A stretch of DNA of 64,000 nt from Chrysomallon squamiferum (Eukaryota; Animalia; Mollusca). The position numbers were made by a program, and so were the translations under genes. The notes under the pieces were generated by a model that had not been told where the DNA came from, made no database searches, and saw only the letters and a program-made list of their open reading frames with translations. The stretch lies in NCBI GenBank assembly GCA_012295275.1, contig CM022668.1, positions 1,426,001 through 1,490,000 on the forward strand, given 5' to 3'. Shown piece after piece: positions 27,963 to 38,919 of this stretch. Each line of letters opens with the position of its first letter. Position 1 is the first letter of the stretch.

Positions 27963-30900
27963 TCTACAAATTAAAACATTATATTCTACAACTTATCAAT
28001 AAAAACTTGTAGTAAATGGCTAACTATCTTATATGTATTTATCCATCATGTTACAAGTACAATTTTGTTTGAAATGTATTAATATGCAACAGTTAAGTTT
28101 AAAAACTGAATATTAGATGTATTTTTGCATTACAGCTACAGCTGAATAAAATGATTAAGTTTTTTTTTTTAACCAGTGAAAACAATTAAGGAAATAAATA
28201 TATATTTTAATACTGCAGGTGCATGTGATATTGTATGTACATGTAAATGTTTGTAACTCACCATGATGAAGCATTTTTCAACTTTCTAATTTCTTTAGTT
28301 GCCCAGATGGCAAGTGTTTTAGCCTTGTGAACTTTTGATCTTCGACCCTGGGTCAAAAGATTTTGGAAAGATTCTTTTTCTATTAAAACCAGAATACTGG
28401 CTCCAAAGGCTGTACAAAGATCACTAAGGATAAAAATAAAATGAAAATTGTAATACAACTTCATTTTAGGAAAAAGAAAAAAAGTCAAATATTACATGGG
28501 GGGGGGGAAACAAGGTATTTAAAAGTAATTAAAAAGTAGAGTAAAAATTACCCTATAAGTCCACAGCAGGCTGCAATAATGCCCTCTGTTTTGTCTTCAT
28601 CCATGGCAATGTGCTCTATGAAGGATATCATGTGTTGTACATGTGGCTCCAGTAATTTTATTTCAGCTGTTAATGTAAAAATTCATTTTTCATACATTTT
28701 GTCATTTCTTATAACCTTTAAGATGGAGAAGAAATATTTGCTAAGATAAAAATTAAATTACAGAATGTAATTAATATTCAGATTCTATAAAATGAATTCA
28801 AGTCTTATTAGCTTTTCTTTGACTGACCATAAATACAAACATAATATGCACTATCTAAAATTACATTTTTCACTTGACAAGTGAGTCAACCTGTCACCTC
28901 AGAAAGACTAATCTGAGATCAATGTTCATCAAGTTAAAAATAAAATTCATCACAGGTGACAATATTACAATAAAGTCAAAAGAATCAGAGTTGATACGGT
29001 TTAGAGGTTTCAGCAGTCCTTTTGTTTATAATTGAACCTGTGGAAAATTGTTCATGTTTACTGAATTAACAAATATGGTATTCGTAATTTACATTTACTA
29101 TTTATGTTAATTATTCCTATTATCAACCATAAATTATATAAACAAAATACAATTCTTATTACATTTCAAAACATGTAAAAAATAATATTTATTAAAATAA
29201 AATTTGTAACACTATTCTTTTGATAATAATAAAAACAAAAAACACAAATAATATGCTCGACACATGTATAGTCAGTAATGTTTCATTATTTTAAGCAAGT
29301 ACAATGATAAGAACCAAAAGAAAGTGTCAATCTGTGAAGACAACAAAATTTTACTGGAGATAACATTCACAATATTGCTGGTTGGATAAGAAACAATATA
29401 ATGTATATAATCAGTGAACTAATCTGTCACCTCAGAAAGACTAATCTGATATCACTGTCCATCACTTATAGAACTAAATTCATCATGGGCGACTCACATT
29501 TATACAGGTATTGCCACAAAGTCACTGAAGTTGAATTAAACAATCTGAGTTGCATAATTAAGTGCTTTGGTATCTTCAGGATTATTTTTGTAGATTAGAA
29601 AAATACAAATGTGCTTGAACCTCTTCCTCTCACCAGAAAAAAATTCAATAGAACTTACAACTTGTTTGTTCATCAGTTCCTTTAAATCCCTGAACAATGC
29701 CAGTGTATGCTTCTAGACAGCCTTCTCTTAACTCATTCAGATAATCTATCATGTCATAATCTGTCTGAAATAATAAAAAAGGTCAAATGTGCAAAAACAA
29801 GAACAAAATAACAATTTCAACTGACTAATCTAAAAGAATTATTCAAAAGTAAAGGACTAAAAAAAAACAAAGTACCTTGTCCACTTGGGCCTGAGATGCC
29901 TGATGCAGTGCAGTAAGAACAACATCTAGATATTTCTTGAAGTGTGGTCCAATTGCCAGAGCAGCATCTCCAAAAACCGACAAGATCTGTGGTTTCACAG
30001 ATCTGTGAACCAGTTCATTCTGAAACATACATTATAAATAACATTCTTGTAAACAAAAAACAAAATTCATAATAAAAAAATCTGATGAATTTTATGTAAC
30101 TAAAATAAAGGTTTTTATGAAATTACAAAATTAACTAATATTTTTAGATACATAATGTTGAAAATAGATTTTTAAAAATGTTTAAGAAAATCACTGACAA
30201 ATATTTTTATTTGATTGCTTTAAATGTAATTAGACAAAGTACCTACCCCCAGATTTTCCAGTAACATGGTCATTAGATCATCACAGTACGGAAGAATCTT
30301 GACACCCAGGGCGCGACACAAGTCACCCACCACTCCAACAGCAGCCAGGCAGACCTAATTGTCAAAATTATTGTAAAAGAAATATTTAATTTAATCCTGA
30401 TTGTTAACAAGAATGAACTTGACTGTTAGGACATAGGTGAAGAAAACCAAACAAAAGATTTCAAATCAGTAACTTTCACCATCAGTCACTCCAAGGAAAG
30501 CACACTGAATCAACACAGGTGAAAAATGATTACATATAAAAATGTTAAATGTATTTTATATACCTGTCTAAAAACAAACAATGAAGGCTTACTAACCTGA
30601 TATTCCAGGTGATTTCTTAATCCTATTTCAAGGAATGGTTTTATCACTTCTAAATACTGTTCAAAATTCTCTCCCATAGCTGTAAGGAAAAATAAATTAC
30701 TTCAACTGAACATACTATCATAATATTTCTACACTGTCTGAAATAAATTTTAAATATAAACAGATGTCCTCAAAAGGTATAAACACTTACTTTTCCCTTT
30801 TCCCATTTGACAAATTCAATTTAATAATCATCAATCCAGTTTCGTTTCTATTTAACATTTTCTTTTCAAGAAACAAAAAAAAAATCTTCTGGATTAGAAG

Positions 30901-33900
30901 AAATGTCATTTCCAGTTTACCTTCCACTAATGTTGAGAGTGCTAACAAAGCATCTTCCTGTACACCTCCACCTTTAGCAGCTGGACTCTGGAACATTTTG
31001 ATCAAAGCTGTCATTACCTGGTCAGAGATCAGCGGAACATCCTGTGGAGTCATTTTACGCAAAACACTCTGCAATAAAAATATAAAATGTTTAGAAAGGG
31101 GATGTGGCAAAAAAAAATTTTTTTAATATTTCAGAATAGGAGACAAAAATTATAGAAGATATGCAATCAGTTTTATCAAAGGTATTTCTCAACTCAGATT
31201 CTAAAATATTTTGTTACACCTCAGACAGGAATATATGAATCACAGTAATTCATTCCAAGAAAGGCAAATTTTTATCATCATTGGTGTTTTATATTTGTAT
31301 TTGATCAACATCACATTAAGAACTTTTGGTGCACATAATTAAGCATTAAAATAATTATATGCTGCTAACTAATGTAACTTATCTTTGTTATTACGAGCTT
31401 TTTAAATGTATAAAATATTTTAAAATTTAAAAAAAAAAAAAATTATATTGACTATTCAGTTTTATATGCAAGGTAATAAAGTTTTATCTTTATACAAAGA
31501 GGACTTAGAGAAGACACTTTGCCTGGGTTCTGAAATATTTATTTCACCTGTAAAGTAGCACAGAGAAGAGACTGGAGATCATTGTACTGAGCTCGGTCTG
31601 TTGACGACTGTACATTGGCCTAAAAGAGAAATATTCATTGTTAAGACTTTTATCAATATACAAATTATAAAATCTAGTAAAATAAAATTGCAGTATGTCA
31701 AAAATTTCAGATAATATTCATGAATAATTTCTAGTTTGTTCATTTAGAAATCCTTAAAACATTCTAATTCTTGCTTTGAACTAAATGAACCAAGTGAATT
31801 AAAAATCTTTTTTTTTTATTTTGACTTTATACATGGCAATACTTTTCAGAATCTGAGGACATTTCTTTTACTGCCTTTATATAACAAAACTATCTGTGTA
31901 CTTAACAGCATCTAAAAATATGCAAAAACATTTACCTCTAGTGATAAAACTTGTTCAAGTCTTTCTAAGATGATCACTGTTGTCTTCTGAACAATTTCAT
32001 AGCAATCCTGAAAAACGAGGCTTTATATTAGCTTTTCAAAATAATTTTTTCTATCAAACCCATTTCCTTAAGCCAAAAGATATAATCAACTGTTATTACT
32101 AATACAAACATTCACTGCACACAATTCAAACTAAAATGAGTTGACAAAACTGTCGTTATTTTCTGTAAATTTTCTTTTTTATGAAACAATTTGTTACACC
32201 TCAGACAGGAATGTAGGAATCATATAATTCATTCCAAGAAAGGCAAAATTTTATCATCATTGGTGTTTTGTACAAATAATCAATTCAGTGCTCAAAATAT
32301 GAAAAACAAATTGAGAGATCTTTGTTTTTTTGAAGTAAATGATTTGTATCAACAGGTTCAACAAGTTCATAAAATATGACAAATGTTTTTGTTTGTGTAC
32401 TAATTATATTACTTAAAGCACTGGATAATTATTTTTATTATCTTTTCTTATTCAAACCTTTGTTTGAAGCAAAGGATTAGATTAGAACAGACAAAACGTT
32501 ACCTTAGCACTGTTTTTAATCAGTTCCATAAGAGCTTCATAGGCTGCATTTCTTAAATTATGATGACAACCATCAGTTCTGAAAATAATATATGTGGCAT
32601 GTTTAAAAACTGAAATGGCACAATTTAGGCAAAAAATTAAGTTTCCCTACAAACTACATTTTTATTTTCAAAATTTCTTGCAAAATAACAATAACCTTTT
32701 ATAAAAATCAAAATGTACAGCAGTGAACTATTTTCCCATTCTGTTCTTTCATTTTTAAATCAATCTTAGTTGTATAATAATTCCAATATCTAAAAGTCAT
32801 TTTAATTTTGTGTTCCATTTATACAAACTATTGTTTACACAGATAAATGTACCATTAGATCTGAATATTAACTAATGGGCTTTAAAATGAACACTAAAGG
32901 TGGAGGTTTTGAAAACGTTACATGGTGATATATGGTGAGCAATATATTTGGTATTCAGTTTGTTGATACCTCTGTGTTGTTTGTAAAAGTCTATGTACAA
33001 TAGTTTCAAACGATGGTGACAGACAGTATGTCTCTGGGTCAGTACTATCATCTGCAGTTTCAGCATGTTCAAAAGCAGCTTCAGCTAAACTCGAAAAAGC
33101 CTACAATATTAGAAAATTTCTTTAAATACTACAAAATCATCAGTTTATCATTTGGCATATAAGAATCCATAAAATAAAATAGATTTTACTCAATAAAATT
33201 TGTATTTAATAAACGACTGCTTTTAATAAATTTTTATGATTATCAATTATAATGGCTCAACAGCAATAAAAATTGTTTCTATTGTTTAAAAATTATGGAG
33301 TGTTTAGATTCATTAATATTTTGTGTATTTGAAATTATTACCCAACAAATATTGCTGGCCACTCTCGGCTCAGCTTCCAGTCCGTCAACTAGAGCCTGCA
33401 ACAGGTGACCAAGGCACTGTTCACTAAGGACTGCGTTTGGTAATATTTCACACACACGGCCTATTGTCCATGCTGTTGTGTCTCTAACCACAACACTAGA
33501 ATCCTTCAGTAATTCTATCAGCATTGGCATGGCACTTTCCACAATCTGTGTAAGCTTTGATGGATCAGGACCTTCTAATATTGAACCTTTAAAAAAATAT
33601 TAAAAATTACACACTGACCAACCAAATCAACAAAGTGGTAAATTTTTTAAATAAATAATTGCCTAACTTACCAAATGCCATAACTGCTGCATCTCTGAAG
33701 CGCCAATCTTGACTGCCGATATTTTCTTTGACAAATGGCAACACATAGCCAACCACATCATCTTCACAACATGTTGCCATCAACATTAGACAAACACCAG
33801 CAGCTTTACATGGGTTCCATTCATCATCATCATCGACCTCCTCCTAAAAAATGTTAGATTACCATAATCTCATTTTTATCTGTGTAATGACAACAATTAA

Positions 33901-36900
33901 TTCACATTTGTTTAAAGATATTATGAAAACCAGTCAAGGTTAAATGAAAGTTACTAAAAAAACAACAACATTTTAACCCCTCTCTCAAATTACTTCCTAA
34001 TTACAGAGAAAATGTACCCATATAACTGAATTCTTGGTTTTTGTTTCTAATTTAAAAACTTACTTGTTTTGTCAGTGTATTCAGTAACAGTGGAAGAAGA
34101 TACTGCAGTGCACCCTTTGCATAAAACATGCTTGTTCGTTCAGGTGGTCTACCTTGTTCTGCAGCCTGATCATTAAAAGATAGTTAGATACTAACTTGTT
34201 TTCAAATATTTGGTATTTACATACATCAACTTCATGTCATAAAATAAATTTTGTAGGAATGACAATGATTATTTAAATAAACAACAACAACAAATGGATA
34301 CTGACAGAAACATTTCCATATTATAATGCATCATGAAGTTGCCATGTTCATATTGTATATTGAATACAAAGCTTCAGTTTAAAATGTTACATTACATGTA
34401 AATATATCTTGTAATTGCATAATTACACAACTTAAACCTGCAAACAGCTATAAAATTATATGGAGTTTTACCTCAGAAAGCTCTATGGCAAGATCTACTT
34501 CTTCATCACAGACAGTTGACCAAAATTCTATACCCTGTAGGGCAATTTGTTCAATATCACATTCTATAGCTTCCACTGTGATCTGCAATCAAAGATTAGT
34601 TGATTTTATAAATATAATTCTCTCAAGTTCCTGTTATACATTTGTTTTTGTTTTATTTCACTGTTTTATTTTGTTTGGTATTATTATTATTACACTATCA
34701 ATAAAGATGTACAAGGATATTTAACTGATAGTAATAAAAGTTGCTATTAATACTTTACTTACAGCAAATAGTGCAGGCCCCATGTAGTGTTCCATGTAAA
34801 CATAGAAAAGTGACATGATTTTCACAAGACATTGCAAAGCTGCTACTCGTACCTGCAGAAGAAACACAAATACATTTCTAAATTCAGTTTTACTAAATAT
34901 TTTAAAAACAATGTTTAAGGAGAGGCACAAAAACTGATTCAGATTTGATTGTATTGCTAAAATTCACAAATGATAACAGATGTTGCTAAATGCTTTTCAA
35001 GTCTGTATCATTCTTTAAAATGGTATTGCCATAAAAGTTACCTTTGTTTCAGTGCATTGTGTAGCCTCACAAACCACTTGCATTATGAAATGTCTTTCAC
35101 TCTGAAAAGTGAAAATAATAACATTTATTAAATAAAATACAAACATGCAACAAAGAATTATCAAATTAAAGACACACCCAATAATGAAAAATATTTACAT
35201 GTAAAACTAAGTATCAACAAAAAACCTGGGGTCTCACTGTGAGAATATAATTTTATGTAATAATTCCTGGTATCTTGAATGCATACAAACAAAATCTTTA
35301 ATTGAAGGAATTAAGTTACTAAATATTTCTAATGACAATTCACATCATTTTGTATCCAGATTAACAATGAATTTTAAAAACAAAGGCATAATCAAAAGAT
35401 GAACTTACTTCTTTTTCAAAATTTGCTTTTGTAAATTCAAGTGAGTTAAGAAGTGCATTGGTTGCAGCCAGTCTGACATGATTGCTTAAAAAAAATAAAA
35501 ATAAAAATCTGATTAAGATCATTTATAATGTACTAATGTTTTATTATCACTAATTTGTTATATTTCATGTATACAATTCTACACTAAATCTAACAAATCA
35601 GTGATGAAAAAACATTCCATCACAAATGATTAAAAATTCAAATTAACACTGATTTTTGTGAAATGTTTACCTTGGTTCATCCTTCTTCATTCCATGGACA
35701 ATTGCTGTTAGAATCGAATTAGATTCAGGCTGCAGTATCTCTGGATCCTAGAAGAAGAAATTAGTTTAGTTTTGTTTTTGCAATTAACATTTTATAACAA
35801 AATATTCTTCAGCTAATGAACTGCTTTCTTTTTAAAGAGATCTAGATCTGCATAAAGCATTACAAATAAAACGTACTATATCCTGACAGATGTATCCAAT
35901 TGATTCAAGAGTTGCTTCCTTCATCATCTCAGTGCTGGCAGGATTTGTCACGTTACTTGTTAAGTGTGTAATTAAGTTTGGCCACATTCCATGAGGAAGT
36001 TCAGCACATGCAATGTATGCCACACACTGAGCCGCTGAGCTAGGGCGTGATGTTTCAGTTCCAAGTGAATCCAATACCTGAAACCAAACAAATTTATTAT
36101 TATCCAAATTAGTAATTCTTTTGAACTGTGGCATTTCAATTGTTTACAATGTGTTTCTAAGCTCTGCAAAGGTTTTTTCTTTGAATGAATAAAATTGAAA
36201 TTTTTTTCTCCAGAAAACAAGATTCAAAATAAAAGGATTGATCCCTAAAATATATAATAAAAAAATTATTGTTTCAAGATTTTAAATGTTGACAAAGAAA
36301 GTCAGTTGCATGTTTGTTTTGTATTTTATGTTTTTGTTGAGATAAAAAGAAAGAAATGTTAAAGTCAGTGAAGGTTATATAAAATGCCTATGCATTATTA
36401 ATTTGCTCTGTAAATTTACTGATGAAATATATGATTGATAATAAAAATAATAAAAAATAAAATGAACATACATTTTGTTTAATATATGTTCGAACATCCT
36501 CTGGGAACTGCAGCCACCGATTCTGATAGGTTGCCTTGATAGCAACGTCTCTTGAATGCAAAGCATTTTTAAGTTGAAGACCAGCTTGCATTCGAGCAAC
36601 ATGACTGTTGTTAGCATGTTTCAAAATATCTGATAACTGTTTCAGAAGCTCCAACTGTTAAAGACAATAAATATTTCTTTATAAACAAACATAAAACTTT
36701 TTTTTTTTTTAAATTCCACATTGTTTTTGACAATAATTCTAAATTTTTTAAAATATATTGCCGTTTAAGAATATTGTTCAACTTATAAAATTTGTCATTC
36801 AAAATGCAACGATGATATACAGATCTTATTTAAGGAATGCGTTTTATTGTTTCTTTTTTAAAATATCTTTCTACACGAGTCAACAAGTTAGCAAGGGCAC

Positions 36901-37219
36901 TTGAAATAGTCGGCTTAAGTGCCGCCATCTTGTTTTAGTTATTGACCATAAATGAAATAAAACTCACCAAATTTTGTTGAGAAGCCTGTTCAAGGAACTG
37001 CTGTGCAGTTTCTAATTCTTGAGTATCTGAAAAAAAGAAAAAATGTTCTCTAAACTTAAGGAGAATTCAAAATACATGTAATTAATTTCAGAAATATATC
37101 GAAACCAGACGTGGCGAACTTTACTTCGAACAACCTACAGGCACGTGAACATTCATAAAGGAAATAATTTTTCACAAACCAGGCGATACTGTTTTCTCGA
37201 GGATAGCTATTAAATCCAT
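27963..37219 (-). CDS. KPNB1: Importin subunit beta-1 (karyopherin beta 1), ~24 coding exons
   Basis: Starts [13 protein letters not shown]|[19 protein letters not shown] (exons 37180-37219, 36968-37026, 36472-36654, 35877-36077 and onward). Internal motifs include [57 protein letters not shown] and [11 protein letters not shown]. Ends [19 protein letters not shown], with the stop TG|A completed at 27963. Confidence 0.97.
28892..28961 (-). ncRNA. C/D-box snoRNA candidate, family A copy 1 (28S guide)
   Basis: Minus strand reads tgtcacc-t-GTGATGA...gattagtcttt-CTGA-ggtgaca: a 7-bp terminal stem, canonical C and D boxes, and an 11-nt guide complementary to LSU rRNA AAAGACUAAUC. It is intronic and sense to KPNB1. 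Confidence 0.88.
29426..29493 (-). ncRNA. C/D-box snoRNA candidate, family A copy 2 (28S guide)
   Basis: Minus strand reads gtcgcc-c-ATGATGA...GTGA...gattagtcttt-CTGA-ggtgac. The guide is identical to copy 1 while the internal sequence has diverged. It lies in the same KPNB1 intron. Confidence 0.88.
30474..30524 (-). ncRNA. Very short (~51 nt) C/D-box snoRNA-like element, family B-related (18S guide)
   Basis: Minus strand reads tttcacc-t-GTGTTGA-ttcagtg-tgctttccttgga-GTGA-CTGA-t-ggtgaaa: a 7-bp stem, a C box with one mismatch, and a 13-nt complement (1 G-U) to SSU rRNA UCCAAGGAAGGCA. Confidence 0.6.
31216..31287 (-). ncRNA. C/D-box snoRNA candidate, family B copy 1 (18S guide at D')
   Basis: Minus strand reads acacc-a-ATGATGA...ttgcctttcttgga-ATGA(D')-attact-GTGATTC(C')...attcctgt-CTGA-ggtgt. 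It lies in the KPNB1 intron ~31069-31547. Confidence 0.85.
32196..32266 (-). ncRNA. C/D-box snoRNA candidate, family B copy 2 (18S guide at D')
   Basis: Same stem, C, D' and D boxes and guide as 31216-31287, in a different KPNB1 intron (~32008-32502). Similarity is largely confined to the snoRNA body. Confidence 0.85.
36920..36931. promoter_or_regulatory. YY1-type motif (GCCGCCATCTT) in KPNB1 intron 2
   Basis: Consensus AAGATGGCGGC on the minus strand, near the 5' end of a housekeeping gene. Confidence 0.45.
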
Positions 37220-37689
37220 AGTATCGACACAAATGCTGTAAACCTTATTTATGCCATACAGATAACCATACTATGCAGAAATTTATATATTGTATTTTTT
37301 AAAGAAAACGGTAGCTGAAATCCCTTCGAAAAAAGGTTAACAGCACATGTGGGACGCGCAGGAATACAGTTTCTGATTTTAGGAATTTATCGTAGCTTTA
37401 TCTAAAGCATTAATTCATTGGTTCAAATCAAAGAAACGTCACTTCCATACTAGATATGAACAAATAAAAAATGTCGTTTTAAAATACAATATATTAGAAT
37501 TTAAAATGCCGTTAAAACACTTGTGAAAAACTAAAAGCTATAATTTATATTTTTTATTATTTATCAAATAATTTTATAATTAGTCATATGTAAAAAAAAA
37601 ATTATATCTTTTTGGTTTAAAAGTCAAAATTAAAAGTTTGTGATGTAGGATTACAGTAGTTATTCGGTTTCGAATACCGGGTAATTTTA

Positions 37690-37703
37690 ATTTCCCGCCA
37701 TTT
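37690..37703. promoter_or_regulatory. Overlapping E2F-like (TTTCCCGC) and YY1-like (CCGCCATTT) motifs in the KPNB1 promoter region
   Basis: tttcccgccattt lies ~480 bp upstream of the KPNB1 ATG in otherwise AT-rich sequence. Confidence 0.45.
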
Positions 37704-38919
37704 ACGAAAGTTGTTTGTAACGAAATGAAGTTATTTAAAGTGTATCTTACTCCAGCAGCGATAATTTTTTTTTTTTTTTTTTTTAAATATCACATACTTT
37801 GCAAAACAAAGTAAAATTATATAATGTAACAAATTATTTAATTTTAGTATCTTTAGGCTTAGCTAATAATTTTTGTCCATATTTTTGTTTTCTTTTTGTT
37901 TTTCTTTTTAAAAGTAGTTCCATTTTCATAAATAAAAAGAAAACTACCAAATAGAACGAGTGAAAAAGAATCATTAGGCGGCAAGCACAACAGTTTGAAA
38001 AACTTAGTCTACATCGCGTCAAATTGTTCATGGGTTATGTTGCAAGAACACTGTAATTAGCTCATTTAAGTATTATAATCCATCATACTTAAAAATAATT
38101 CCATCATGTATTGTTCAGATTATAAGAAATTAAAAAAATCGCAACATACCTTAACATTAAACTGAAATATATTAAAAAAAAAATAAGCAACTGCTACAAA
38201 TGTGTAAGCTGTTCTACTACTAGATTTAGTTTAAGAACAAAAATTATGAAAATAAGTAGTTTAGTGTTTCAAGTTCTGAAGTCTCTATATTTGATGTATG
38301 ACTGCCTGATTAAGTTCCTAAATATATTTCCATGGGCTAATGTTTTACACTGCACCATATGACAGCCAAATAATTCACATGAATGCATAATATCATTGCA
38401 TATAAAAAATCAGGAACAATTAATTTATATATAACCAGAGTTAAGTGTCACCCAATTTTTAATATTTTTTTAAAATGTGTATCTGAAAGAAATAACAAAA
38501 CAAAACAAAACCTCTCCAGAAACTTGAGATGAAGCCTTGGAAATCATTTTATTTAAACTTGAACAAATAAATTAAAATTATTTTATTGTGTAGCTTACAG
38601 CTGTGGATAAAAAAATAAAAATAAATACTGACAACCTGATGGCTGCTGGTAGAGTAATCTGTAAATTTTTTCAACACTTCATTATAGCATAAGACTACTA
38701 CTACTACTAATAATAAATAAATAAAAAATTAAATAATAACGAGAACAATAAAAAGGTTAATAATACATTTTATTTCATGGTTTACAAAACATTTACAAAA
38801 AAAGAAATGTATTTCTACAGCTTACATAAATTATATAAACAATCTGTATTTTTCATGTCAAGTGTCATTACTTTTTTATACAGAATAGACCACTTTGTTC
38901 CTTGCATTTATGTGTTGCT

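Noticed and set aside
30474-30524. Identification as U14 (SNORD14)
   Set aside because: It shares the ttccttgga complement but lacks U14 domain A and length, and the box spacing does not give the U14 cytidine target.
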